The translations under genes were made by a program, and so were the position numbers. Positions 1 through 10,745 of a stretch of 64,000 nucleotides of DNA are shown here, in pieces (within the stretch, counting starts at the first letter, position 1; each line of letters begins with the position of its first letter). The stretch lies in NCBI RefSeq assembly GCF_036321535.1, contig NC_087436.1, positions 24,802,001-24,866,000 of the forward strand, written 5' to 3'. The stretch is from Camelus dromedarius (taxonomy: Eukaryota). A model generated the notes under the pieces. The model worked only from the letters and a program-made list of their open reading frames with translations, was not told where the DNA came from and did not search any database.

Positions 1-135
1 TACCCACCCACACAGACACACTTTTACAAGAGTCAACAAAATGAATAGATGCTCACATTTTGCATCTTTAAAATTTCATGTGACTACTGGATAAAGTGTG
101 GGTGAATGAAAAATGAATCCAACTGTTGGCTTGAG

Positions 136-253
136 GAAATGTAAGTTCCACCAGTACATGGACTGTGTCTGCTTGTTCACGATGTATCCCAAGTTCTTAG
201 AATGTGCCGCATGTGGAAGGCACTCAATAAATTTGTTGAGTGAATGAATGAAT
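136..253 (+). mobile_element. L2 LINE 3' end fragment
   Basis: Ends in GCACTCAATAAATTTGTTGAGTGAATGAATGAAT, the typical L2 3' terminus with (TGAA)n tail. Confidence 0.75.
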
Positions 254-1149
254 TTAAACACGTGTGCTGTGATGGTCCCTCCCCACCTCCTGGTTTTGCT
301 TTTGAGCAATGATTCTCTCTGGGGCTGAGGCCAGGGTGGGTACCTGCCTGCCTTGGTTTCCTTCCTTGTCTCAGTCTTTGTTTTATTTCTCAGCTCATCG
401 AATTACGAGAGCTGAGAGCTTCTTGAAGGAAAATTCTAAGACTCATCCTCCAAGAATAACTCTGTTTCTCTGAAATTTGCTTGTAAAGTTGCACACACTT
501 ACAGTGTGAATGCCACCATCTTTGGGAGGGGGCTCACAGAGGCTAAGTTTGAAGGTAACTTTCTATTGATGCTCTTCTATAAGGAAGCCTTTCTATTTTT
601 GCTTCCTCCTCCTTTTTCTTACAGTGCAAGAAACAGGCAGGTTGGGAAACTTGACTTTGAACAGGAGCACAAGTATGCGCAGGGCAGGGAATAACAGGCA
701 CTATGAAGATTAATTACCCTCGTTGGAATCTAACTTGACTGGGCAAGGTGAGACAGTTCAATTATTTAATCACGTTGGCGCTATTGGCTTCCGAGGCCTT
801 GAGTACTGGGATAGCCCTCCCTTCCAACTTAATTTATGAGGAATTGCTTCTCAACTCTCTGCTCCCGGTTGGACCCTCGGGCAGAGGAAAAGGAGCAATC
901 GATTTGGGAAGGAGATGCTCCCGTCTCTGCCTCCTCCCAGGCTGTGTCTGCAGTGAATTCTCAGTGCTTCTGTTGGAGACTTGCTGCCGGGCAGTAGTAT
1001 CTCTCCTGCCCCTGTTGGGCTGCTCCCCTCCTTGTGTACTGAATGCTTTTTCCCTGGCACACGTAAGTTTGTAAGGCTTTATTCTGGCTTGAGAATGGTT
1101 ACGCTCTGAGCTACAGGTCAGAGCACGCCATTGGATCAGAACATAGTAG

Positions 1150-1337
1150 ACCAACGGGGATTTGCTGTGTTGATAAAGACATTCTGTACCAGCCCTGGCC
1201 AATATGGCAGACACTGGCCCAGTGTGGCTGTTAGCATTTGGAGTGTGGCTGGTTCCATGAAATTACTACATCTTTAATTTAAATTAATTTAAAGTTAAAG
1301 AGTTACCTATGGCTAGTGGCTACTGTATTGGACATTG
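1150..1337. mobile_element. MER3/MER33-like hAT-Charlie DNA transposon remnant
   Basis: Quasi-palindromic element: CCAATATGGCAGACACTGGCCCAGTGTGGCT, AT-rich core, then ATGGCTAGTGGCTACTGTATTGGACA, matching the MER3/MER33 layout. Confidence 0.7.
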
Positions 1338-3049
1338 AGAGATCCAGCTGCACCCATGATGCCCGGGGACGATGTGTCCTTTCATGAATGCTTTTTGTTG
1401 TTATAATAGAGCTTGACTGTGGCACTATCATACAGAAGGGCTGGTTTGCACCCCAGTTCCTCTGTTTCTGCCCTCTTGTTTGTCACCACACCCCACTGGT
1501 GCATGTGACTTGGCCATGTCATCAGCATCCAAGAAGGGATAGAGAATGGAGTTGGACACATTCTACCATTATTCCTTGTTTCCTGGTGGGGTGAAAGATC
1601 TTAATCACCATGGAAAGTGCATTCTCTCAAAACAAAATGAGTTAGACGGGCATGTTGTCTCCAGACGCTTAGGGATTGCATCTCAATGGACTTCTGCCGT
1701 GGCGATGCCTCCTGCTTGGCAATATGGCCTGGCAGTCAAGTGCTCTGTTCAGTGTAGATTTTCAAAGTTGGTCAGAGATTTAATGCATATATAAGACCAG
1801 TTGACAGTTTGTTAAGATAAGCCCTTAAAAAAATGGCCTTAGGGTCCAAATGTCTATAGTCTGAACTTGACTCGATAAGAAAGGGAGAGGTCACATATCA
1901 CGTAGGTAAAAACGGAAGACAGTGACTCAGGAACTGCAGTTCCCTCGATCAGAGTTAATGACTTCCAGTCTTCCCCATCCTCTGGCATCCAGCTGCACCC
2001 GAGCTGGTCAACTTGTGACTCTCCTGCTGCCTCCACCACGGTGACACTCGGGCTTGTGTACTTCATGTTCTAGGTGCTAAAATTATACAAATAGAGAAAA
2101 GAAAAAAAAGTCTGTGAAACTCTTCTCTCAGTTCCTGTGGTTTACACTTGCTAGTTAATTTGAACCTTTATGTTGGTCTCTCAGAGTGACAGGAACAGCA
2201 GCCAATCTGCTGTTGTACAAGCAAGTGCGTACAGCCTAGCTGCTAACACCGTGAAAAATGTCCCCAGAAATGCTGCTTGTGGAGAGGGTTCTTTAAATTA
2301 AGCAAGATTTGTAAAGAGCCCATTTACTGCCTGACTTAGAGCTAAATCCTGTGGCAGAATGGAATCAGAGGCTAGCTGCCAGTGAACAGAAAACAGCTTG
2401 AGTACCAAACCGTGAGCCTGTGAGTGGCAGGGAAAGGAGTGATGTTAGAACAGAAGGCGTCCTGAGGTCTGAATGGAAAGAAAAAAATAAAAACAGAAGG
2501 AAGCAGCTGCAGGCCATGTGCAGAGAGGTGGCCCAGGAAAGTTGGGGTGCAGACAATGAAGAATGAGAAAGAAGGAGACCTCATAGGGGAGAAGAAGGAT
2601 GGAGAGGAAGGAAAAGAGACATTTTCTGCCTTTTTTTTTCTTTTTTTGCTTTGTATCATTAAAGGTATGTGGCTGAATATCAAGTCATTTCAACAGACAG
2701 CAAGACGGTAGCCAGTCACCAGGCAAAACTGCCTCCCAGTCTAGGTAATGGGTGTGAATAAACAAGCAAGCAATCGAACAAATTCCACCCATATATCCTT
2801 GTACTCTGCTCTTTCTAGGTTACATTTGCTTTTAATTGGAGATTTTTTTTCTCAGTTATTCCCATATAGTTGATTTCAAATCTCTTGGAGAAGAATTTAG
2901 ACGGTGATGTGAAGGTGGGTTTCCCTACGGCCAGTCCACTTCCCTGAGCCTCCTGTCCAAACATAGTCCGTCCCCATTTTCTCCACAAATGAAGACACCA
3001 GGACTGATTGAGATCTAACCACAAAATGTTAACCTACCTTGTATCTTGG

Positions 3050-3200
3050 GACTCTCACTTCCATGGGCTCTGGAACCTCCTGGGGGGCTTATTAAGAATG
3101 TAGTTGCCTGGAACCCAGCCCTCAAAGGTTCGGGTTCTCAAGGGCCAAACAGCATCTGTAAGAGAAACCCAGGCTGGGGAATTTTGAGAAACGGGGTAGA
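3050..3200. mobile_element. Possible MER5-like hAT DNA transposon remnant
   Basis: Degenerate GGAACCTCCTGGGGGGCTTATTAAGAATGTAG...CCCAGCCCTCA...TTTGAGAAAC motifs. Confidence 0.4.
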
Positions 3201-3589
3201 GCCATAAAATGTAAACATTTTTGAGCTTAGAGGATGAAGCAATCTAATTTGATGCTAGTTAAAAATTCCCAAAAAAGAGAGTTTCATGGAATGACTTCTG
3301 TACACATGATTGGAAGTTAAGGATAAAGGAACTAGAGGATGGTTTCTTTTTCTCCCACCATAGTTCCTGGTCTAATAAAGTTCTCTTTTTCTTTCCACTC
3401 AATTACTGAAAGAAGACCGAATTCCAAATCTATGTGCTCATAGATTATTTTGGCATCTGGCTTGGGGTTTCATCCGTCCTTTTAGCGGGGCCCTTTCTGA
3501 GTCCCCCAGGCCTCCTTGTCAGCTCCTACCACATTCCATATGTCCAGAGGGCCAGCCTCTGCCCAGGGCAACTGAGGGAGGGGACTTGT

Positions 3590-3775
3590 GATATTAGAGT
3601 CAGACAGACAGAGTCTCAGCCCGCTCGGCCACTTACTTCCTCTGTGACTGTGGGAAGATGACTCTCTCAGCCTCAGTTCCCTCTGTTGATAAAATGGATG
3701 TAATCATTATTCCCACTGATTTCTGAAATGAGATAGGGTATAAAAAGTGCTTGGCAGGGTAAGTGTCCCATAAAC
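3590..3775 (+). mobile_element. MIR SINE
   Basis: GAGTCAGACAGAC...CCACTTACTTCCTCTGTGACTGTGGGAAG...CTCAGCCTCAGTTCCCTC...AAAATGG core and AAAGTGCTTGGCA tail. Confidence 0.75.
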
Positions 3776-4129
3776 CTGACCACCCAGTGGGGCTTCCCTC
3801 CTCTTGTCTAGCGGAGAACTGTCTGCCCTCCCTGATGTTTTCCCTATACCTGCTACCGTGTCTTCAGATATAAGCCTTACCTCAAACTTGACCCCAGGGG
3901 AGGTGTCTTGGTGTTTGTAAGCCTCGGTAGCCTTCAGACACTCTGGCTTGTTGTTGCTGTTGTTGGTTGTTCCAAGATGACATGAGAAGCCAGCAGGTGA
4001 TCCATCTACAAGCCAAGGTTGAGAGGCGACAGCTCAGCCTGCTTAGGGCAGGACCCTCCGAGTTGTGTGTGCCTGAGATGGGAAGAACCCGAAGAGTTCT
4101 CCAGGTTGCCTTGTTGTGAATCACAGTTA

Positions 4130-4455
4130 CTTAATGGCAGAGAGGCATTTATCCTGTGATTTTAAGGATTGACGTGTAAAATTTTCGACTGCGCCTTGTC
4201 CTCAGCCCCTGCTGGGCAATAGTGTCTGACACTCTCATGGGAATTCAGACCTGTCAGACTCACTGACAGGCAATCATGATTCTAATGAGGGCAGAAGAAT
4301 TTAACTCCATAAAAAACCTATTAGAATTGACAGCACAAATTTAAACAGGCCCCTGATGAATAGTTTTGCTGGGCCTTCTTTCTCTGCTGCCATATTTGTT
4401 GACAGAGACTGTAGCCAAACGTGGAAGGCAGATGCTCAAGTCTGTTCTGACAGGA
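4130..4455. promoter_or_regulatory. Candidate MEIS/TALE-HOX enhancer
   Basis: Five TGACAG/CTGTCA hexamers in ~200 bp plus HOX-type TTAATGG and CCATAAAA, in non-repeat sequence. Motif evidence only. Confidence 0.35.
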
Positions 4456-6039
4456 CGGGATGGATGCATCTCTTTTAAGCAGAGACATGGTATAATGTGC
4501 CATATGCATTGAAGCCATGAACATGATCGTTGGGAATGGTCTCATGAAAGCGGCATTTTTTCTTATTTTTATGGAAGGGGTGTTCAATCCTGTGATGACT
4601 GGAGGTAGATATTGTTGGGGATTATTTTTTGTTATTTTCAAGAGATTCAGGCAGTAAAGGGAAATCAGCTGTTTTTGGTTTTCCCCAAGACCCTTAGCCA
4701 ATCTCGCTGAATAATTGCATGAATGTCTGGGATTTTTCCTTCTGTTTTAACAACTGGATTTTAAGGACTTTCCAATGAGGCTAGTTTATGAGTTGTTGCC
4801 TGTTACTTCAAATTTAAATTTCACCCAACAATATCCTTTATAACAGATACAATTACAAATAAGAATTAATTAGCATTCTTTGTCAAGAGACCCTGAGACA
4901 TAGCTATGTCATTGTGCTAACAATTCCTTGTGAAAACAGTTTTTTTTTCCCCCTTCATTCTAGTGCTTCAGACTACAGATATTGGAATGTTTTATCTCTT
5001 CTTTAAAAAAGAGGATAATCCTAACATTGATCTTACAAAAAATTCTTTGATTCATTGGTAACATCTGGGATAAATGTACTCTCAGTATTTGAATGTTCTC
5101 TTCATTTTCCTATTGTTAAACCTTTGCGTTGAAACTGACCAAATCATTATTTATCCTCAGCTATTTTGAGGGAGAATCATATGAGAGAAGCCAGAGGCTC
5201 AGTGCTCTAGAGGGTGGCTCTTTGTTTGTGGGCTCAGCACCTCCAGGAGGAGGGAGTTTGTCCGTGACGCCATTGCAGTGGGTCCAGAAAGCTGTATTTG
5301 TGCTCAGTGTCCTCTGCTGGTGGGATAAATACTATTTTATGCAAAAATGTCATGATTATTTTTCAATAGATGTGCATGCTTTGGGGTTAAGTATGGAGAT
5401 TCATAGTTGTTTTCCATGAGTATAGATTACCTTAGCTGATAGTTACTAAAAGGGCAGCTTGTATCAAATGGGGAGTTGGGTGACAGTCTTGACTTGGCAA
5501 AAGAGACTTATATTTTTAAATATTGGGAACCCCTGTCCTCAACTGAAGTTGGATGACCAAGAAAGTGTTTTGAGTCTAGCCCTTTACTGATCTCATGAGC
5601 ATGTTGGTTATTATTATGACATCTCTGCTTTAGTTTCTATGCTGAAAGGCAGATGGCTTGTTGGTCAGCAGCGTCTGAGCAGAGTGACCGCTGAGCAAGT
5701 GCTGCCTCCAGGCACAGTTCGGTGGTGTTGGCAAGGGCCTCCTTAGTAAGCGCTCAGTGCCTTTGTGGGCCTTTGCTCTGCTTGCTATGAGAGAATGGAA
5801 CTAAATATTCATTACATTTTTCTAGTGACTGAGAACCGTTTTCCATTTCTGAGGATTGTTTTCCACGTGCCTCATTTTTACTCATTAGTTCACTTCTGTT
5901 TCCTTGCTCGTGGCTGCTCTGCCTCCACATATTGAAGTTCAGGACCTTATAGAGAGAATCCAGCAGGACTTACCCACAGCCACTCTGGAGAATAAAGGAA
6001 ACTCATATTTCCTGAGTGCCCGCTGCATGCAAGATTTAA

Positions 6040-6190
6040 ACTGTTAACCTCCCTAGATGTCATGATCGCCATGATTACAGAGGGATTTGGGGCTTGGAGA
6101 GGATCAGCAATGTACTGATGGTTGCTGCAAAACATGGGGAGAGTTGAGGACTCAATCCTGGGTCTGGAGTTTTCTAAAACCTATGCTTTC
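6040..6190 (-). mobile_element. Degenerate MIR fragment
   Basis: Antisense MIR-like pattern ACAGAGGGATTTGGGGCTTGGAGAGG...GGACTCAATCCTGGGTCTG. Confidence 0.45.
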
Positions 6191-7348
6191 CCCCCCTCTC
6201 TCTTCCTTCCCTCCTGTCTCTATAATACTTAAGACCTCATTAACCACCTTGGATTTTGGATGAATTTACATTTGTCAAGGACACATGAGCTTTCTTTTCC
6301 ACTCGAGACTTCACTTATGGTCTCAAATACATGCCAGTCTCTTATCTTCGAGTTTTTTTTTTTTTTAATTTTTTTTAATACCTAGGAAAATCCAAACATA
6401 GGACTTCTATTTTCAGATTTATATCTTGGAAATCTATTGATAAACAGTTCTAAGTATGTGAAGTTTCTCAGCTTTGTGTTCCCAGAAAAGAGAGTGCTTG
6501 CAGGAACAATAGAAACAAATTCCAAATATAGACTCTCTTAACCAACAGCCAACCTTTTGCTAATAACATTCACCTGTGTTTTAACGTGATTGTCCCCAGA
6601 GGTTAAAGTATTTGGTTGCATTTACCTAAGGACCTTTTCTGTGTTGGACACTCACCTGGCCCCTCTGTGTGGAGAGGCATTGAATGTACCATCTGAACAT
6701 ACTGTCAAGCCTGGCTTGTTGGCCTCTCCCCTTTGTTCTGTCTCCTGTTTCATCATTAATTCTGTCATTTTCCTATTTCTTGTCAAGACTTGGAGCCATG
6801 AGCAGTAACGGGCAGCTCACAATGCTGACCTTTTCTGCTTCTCACATTCTTTGGCAGAAGCACTTAAATAGTAAACAGCCGAGTTGAGAAGTCCCGTTGA
6901 TGGGAGAGCTCGGATGCTGGCCTCCTGTCACAGGCCTGCAGGCCTGGTCCCAGGCACCTCCTGCCAGTGGGCATGCATGGGCCTTGGCTGAGCCTGGCCC
7001 AGACGCCGCAGCCAGGTCAAGACCATCCTGAGTGCTCAGTGCACTGGGGCGTCCTGGGCAGGCCGTGATTTCCTGCACCCCGGCCTTGCTGGCCACTTTG
7101 GAGAGGGCAGAATTTAAGGCTTCAGAGGACAAAATGCAGTGACTTCCAGAGAGTTCCTCCCCAGTGCTGAGTCACTGACCCCAGGCTCCTGGAAACCTGT
7201 GGCCTGGAAGTTTTCCGGCGAAGCTCTGCCTCTCTGGAGCCACCCAGAACACATGGTGTTTCCTGGCCCTGCGAGAGCCCAGGACCCTCTCCTCAGTGCT
7301 GCTTTCTGTTTCTCTGGCCTAATGGCTTGAAGAAATTAGACCTTCAGT

Positions 7349-7454
7349 GGGGAGGGTATAGCTCAAGGAGTAGAGTGCATCCTGGGTTCAATCCCTAGTA
7401 CCTCCTCTAAAAAAATAATAAATAAACCTAATTAGCACCCCCCCCCCCCAAAAG
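7349..7454 (+). mobile_element. Camelid tRNA-Ala-derived SINE (vic-1 type) with internal deletion and 17-bp TSD
   Basis: GGGGAGGGTATAGCTCAAG (A box)...GGGTTCAATCCC (B box), tail AAATAAACCTAATTAGCACCCC. Perfect TSD AGAAATTAGACCTTCAG at 7331-7347 and 7455-7471. Confidence 0.93.
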
Positions 7455-7856
7455 AGAAATTAGACCTTCAGCCTTTCAGCACCATTCTGTAGGGCCAGGA
7501 AAGTGAGAACTAGGAGCAGACTGGATACTGCCCTGTGAAAGAATGACTGCCCCACCTGTCCAGCTGCAGAGGTGAGGCCACCGGAGGCTCGGGTGAGAGA
7601 GAGAGAGCGTGTGGGAACCCAGGGGAGCTCTTAGATGTCTTGTACGAACTAGCTGATCATTCCCCCCATTTTTACCAAGGTCATTACCCTGGCCTTGTCA
7701 CTATGAGGTCCTGTTCTCTTGTTTTTGGACTCTCCTCCAGCTCCTTGAGGCCTTATGCAAACAGTAACAAGAGGAAAGAGAAACATGATGACCTGGTCAG
7801 GAAGAGCAAATCTTTGAAATGTGTTGAAGCAAAACTTCGATTCATTTATTTATCTG

Positions 7857-7895
7857 TCCATCCATCCATCCATTCATCTATCCATCCATCCACCC
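7857..7895. repeat. Imperfect (CCAT)n microsatellite, probably from an antisense L2 tail
   Basis: TCCATCCATCCATCCATTCATCTATCCATCCATCCACCCA directly visible. Confidence 0.8.
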
Positions 7896-7915
7896 ACTTA
7901 TCAAGTATTTTTTTT

Positions 7916-7985
7916 CAAATTAAAAAATTTTTTAATTGTATTTTTTAAATTAAAAAAAATTGGGGAGGGGAGCAATTAGGTTTGT

Positions 7986-8032
<47 letters not shown>

Positions 8033-8108
8033 CTGGTCCTGGGGATCAAATCTAGGACATCGTGCAGGCTAAGCACGCACTTCACCACTGAGCTGTATGT
8101 TCCCTCCT
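7916..8108 (-). mobile_element. Camelid vic-1-type SINE with expanded (TTTA)n tail
   Basis: Antisense AATTAGGTTTG(TTTA)n...GGGGATCAAATCTAGGACATCGTGCAGGCTAAGCACGCAC...CCACTGAGCTGTA. Degenerate TSD TCAAGTATTTTTT / TCAAATATTTTTT. Confidence 0.88.
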
Positions 8109-9521
8109 TCAAATATTTTTTGCACGTGTTCAGTGTGCCCAGAATCATGTTAACTGCTCAAAGTATAAGTGTAACTCAAGTGTATGAAAAGCTTTCAGCC
8201 TTCCAGGGTCACTATTTTGTTAGCCAAATAAAGTGACCCAGGTCTTTATTCTGTGAACTGCAGGAATGCAGTCGCCCTTTCTAAGGACTGTGTGAGGATG
8301 CACCTCCGTCTCCTAGTGTCGCCTGGGTCACTTTCTCTGGGTGCTGCTCTAAGGCTCCCTCATCACCCTCTCTTCTCTCCCCTGACTCCTGCTACTCCAG
8401 CTGGCTGTGCTCTGGTTTGTTCCAAAGCGTCAGCATGTTTTCTTCCTTCATTGCCCATGACTGCTATGAGGGGGCAAAGGTAAACAGGTCACAGTGATCT
8501 CTTAGACATCATGGTGAGAGAATTATAACCTAGAAAAAGAAAGTATAAGTGAGATGTGGGCTGTCACTGCTCCAAAAGCATCTCACATCATCCTGGCCAG
8601 CAGCCATCTTCCTGTTGGGGTCAACTCCCACCCATCCAGGCGCTCCCTTTCTCTAGCTGCAGCCTCCTCTCTAGGGAAGACTTTCTTAGCAGCCAGGTCA
8701 TGTCTTTGTAGGGGTCTACCAGATGCCTTCAGGGCTTGAGATATATATATATATAATTTTTTTTTTTTTAACACTGTTTGGTTTCTTACCAGCTTCATCT
8801 GTCTTTTCACATCCGGCTTTGGGCATTTTCCTTGCAAATTAAAAAGTACACCACAGTGTTTTCCCCAATTAAAAAAGGACAAGTTTCCTCTGAAGATAAA
8901 TCAGTTGCACCACCGAGAATGCAGAGATAGCTACAGGCAACTTTGAGAGTTTGGTTTTGCTTCATAATTGAGTCATATGATGGGGCCCCTTCCCGCAGCA
9001 TGATCATTGTAGGAGAGACCATGAGTGAACCAACTTTGCGGTGGAATATTGTGAGTGATGCAACAGAGGTGTATATGGGCTGCTAGAGGACCACACAGGA
9101 GGGAGCATTAAATTCCACCTGCTGGTCCCTAGAAGGCTTTGTAGACTGACTTGAGTTAGGAATTTTCCAGGAAGATAATGGGGAAATGGCATTCTGAGCA
9201 GCTGAAATGGTATGTGAAAATCACAGAGGCGTCCAAAAGCCTGGCAGGTTGGAGGAACAGCAAGTTTTGATATGATGAGAGATGGGATGGAAAGATGAGC
9301 AAGGAGCACATGGCATGCCCAGGGACTGTAACTCTCCTTCCATCAGCTGTGCCACCATCAGATCCATGCTTAAAGGCTGCACTGTGGCCAAGTACAGACA
9401 GGAGAGAAGTAAGGTGGGGGCACAGACATGGAGGCACTTATGCAGTTGGCTCCAGTCATGAAGGCCTGAATTCCAGCGGGTCATGGAGAAGGGCAAGGAG
9501 ATCAGACGTGACTAACCAAGT

Positions 9522-10097
9522 TGATACAGGAAAACTGGGGGGCACAAGAGGATGGCCACGTCCCAGCTCCCAGGTGAGTCCCTGGGTTGTGCCCCATCAA
9601 GTGAGGGTCCTTGGCTTTGTGCAGGAAAGAATTCAAGAGTGAGCCATGGTAGAGTAAAGTAGATTTATTCAGGGAGATACATATTCATAGGCAGAAGGTG
9701 GACCATGGCAGAAGGCAGGCCATCTTATTCAGAATGGTGAGTGGCCTCATAGCTTGGGGTCTACTAGGAAAATGAGATCGGCCATGAGGTGCAGGGGTTG
9801 TTAGTTTTTATGGGCTGGGTAATTTCATATGCTAACAAGTGAGAGAATTAGTCTAACTACTTTGGGGAAGGAGCTGGGATTCCCAGGAATTGGGCCATCA
9901 CCCACTTTTTGACCTTTTACTGTCAGCCTTGAAACCGTCCTGGCACCTGTGAAAGTGTCATTTAGCATGCTGTTTTATTTCAATGAGCATATATTGAAGC
10001 TCAAGGTATACTGGGAGTTGAATCTTCCATCATCTTGGTGCTAATTGCTGTGTCATTCTTTTAATGACTGTGCCCTGCCCTCTTCCCTCCTCTCTCA
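9522..10097 (-). mobile_element. ERV1-class solo LTR (MER4-group-like) with 4-bp TSD
   Basis: Begins TGATACAGGA and ends TCTCTCA (TG...CA). AAGT flanks both sides (9518-9521, 10098-10101). Minus-strand AATAAA at 9664-9669. Contains the CTTGGCTTTGTGCAGGAAAGAATTCAAG motif seen in MER4-group LTRs. Confidence 0.85.
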
Positions 10098-10379
10098 AAG
10101 TGACTTCGTCTCCTACTTGGGAGAGCTGGGGATGCCCAGCTGGTGCACTGTGCTCACCAGTCTGCCTAAAACTGTGTCTGATTCATCGCAGAGAAGTCAA
10201 CCAATAAATATCCATTGAAAGAATGAACAGTGGAGTTGGACCTTGTGTCCAAAGTGTTTGTAGTGACTATCATTTCATGTAAAACATCTAAATGCAGTGA
10301 CAAGTCTTTACTGTACTGACATGCACACTATGAGTTTTTGAATAAATGGAGCACTTCCTTTCTCCATTAATTTTTTTAA

Positions 10380-10745
10380 AGGATAACTTGAGGATGGTTT
10401 AATAAAGAGATGAGCTACAAAGGTGTGGGTAGGGTATAGGGAAACTACAGGTGATGATAAAGTGCCCGGGGAAGGTTCTCATCCCTCTAAACCCCAAAGG
10501 TGAGAGGTGGCGGTGCATCTGAAGTCTGGAAGGAGACAGTTGTGTAGGGTGGGCTGCCTGGACAGTCCCTGGGACCTTCAGTGGAGGTTTGCAGTCAGCT
10601 GGGAGAAGCCAAGGGAATGAAGACCTTGCCATGACTTTCCTTCCTCCTTCCGTCTTCCAGCAGGCTTCCCTTTTGGCCCAATTCCACCAGAAGCTGAAGG
10701 CCAAGAGGGTTTGTGGCCCCTCCCAGGCAGAGAACAGAGTATGCC
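10380..10745 (-). mobile_element. Old ERVL LTR fragment (LTR33/LTR16-like)
   Basis: TTTAATAAAG...ACAAAGGTGTGGGTAGGG...GGGAAAC and CCTTTTGGCCCAATTCCACCAGAAGCTGAAGGCCAAGAGG motifs resemble LTR33. Confidence 0.5.

Noticed and set aside
2870..2914. 45-nt in-frame candidate exon (LISNLLEKNLDGDVK) with AAG|GTGGGT donor
   Set aside because: The stronger acceptor 14 nt upstream gives stops in all frames, and the peptide is not recognised.
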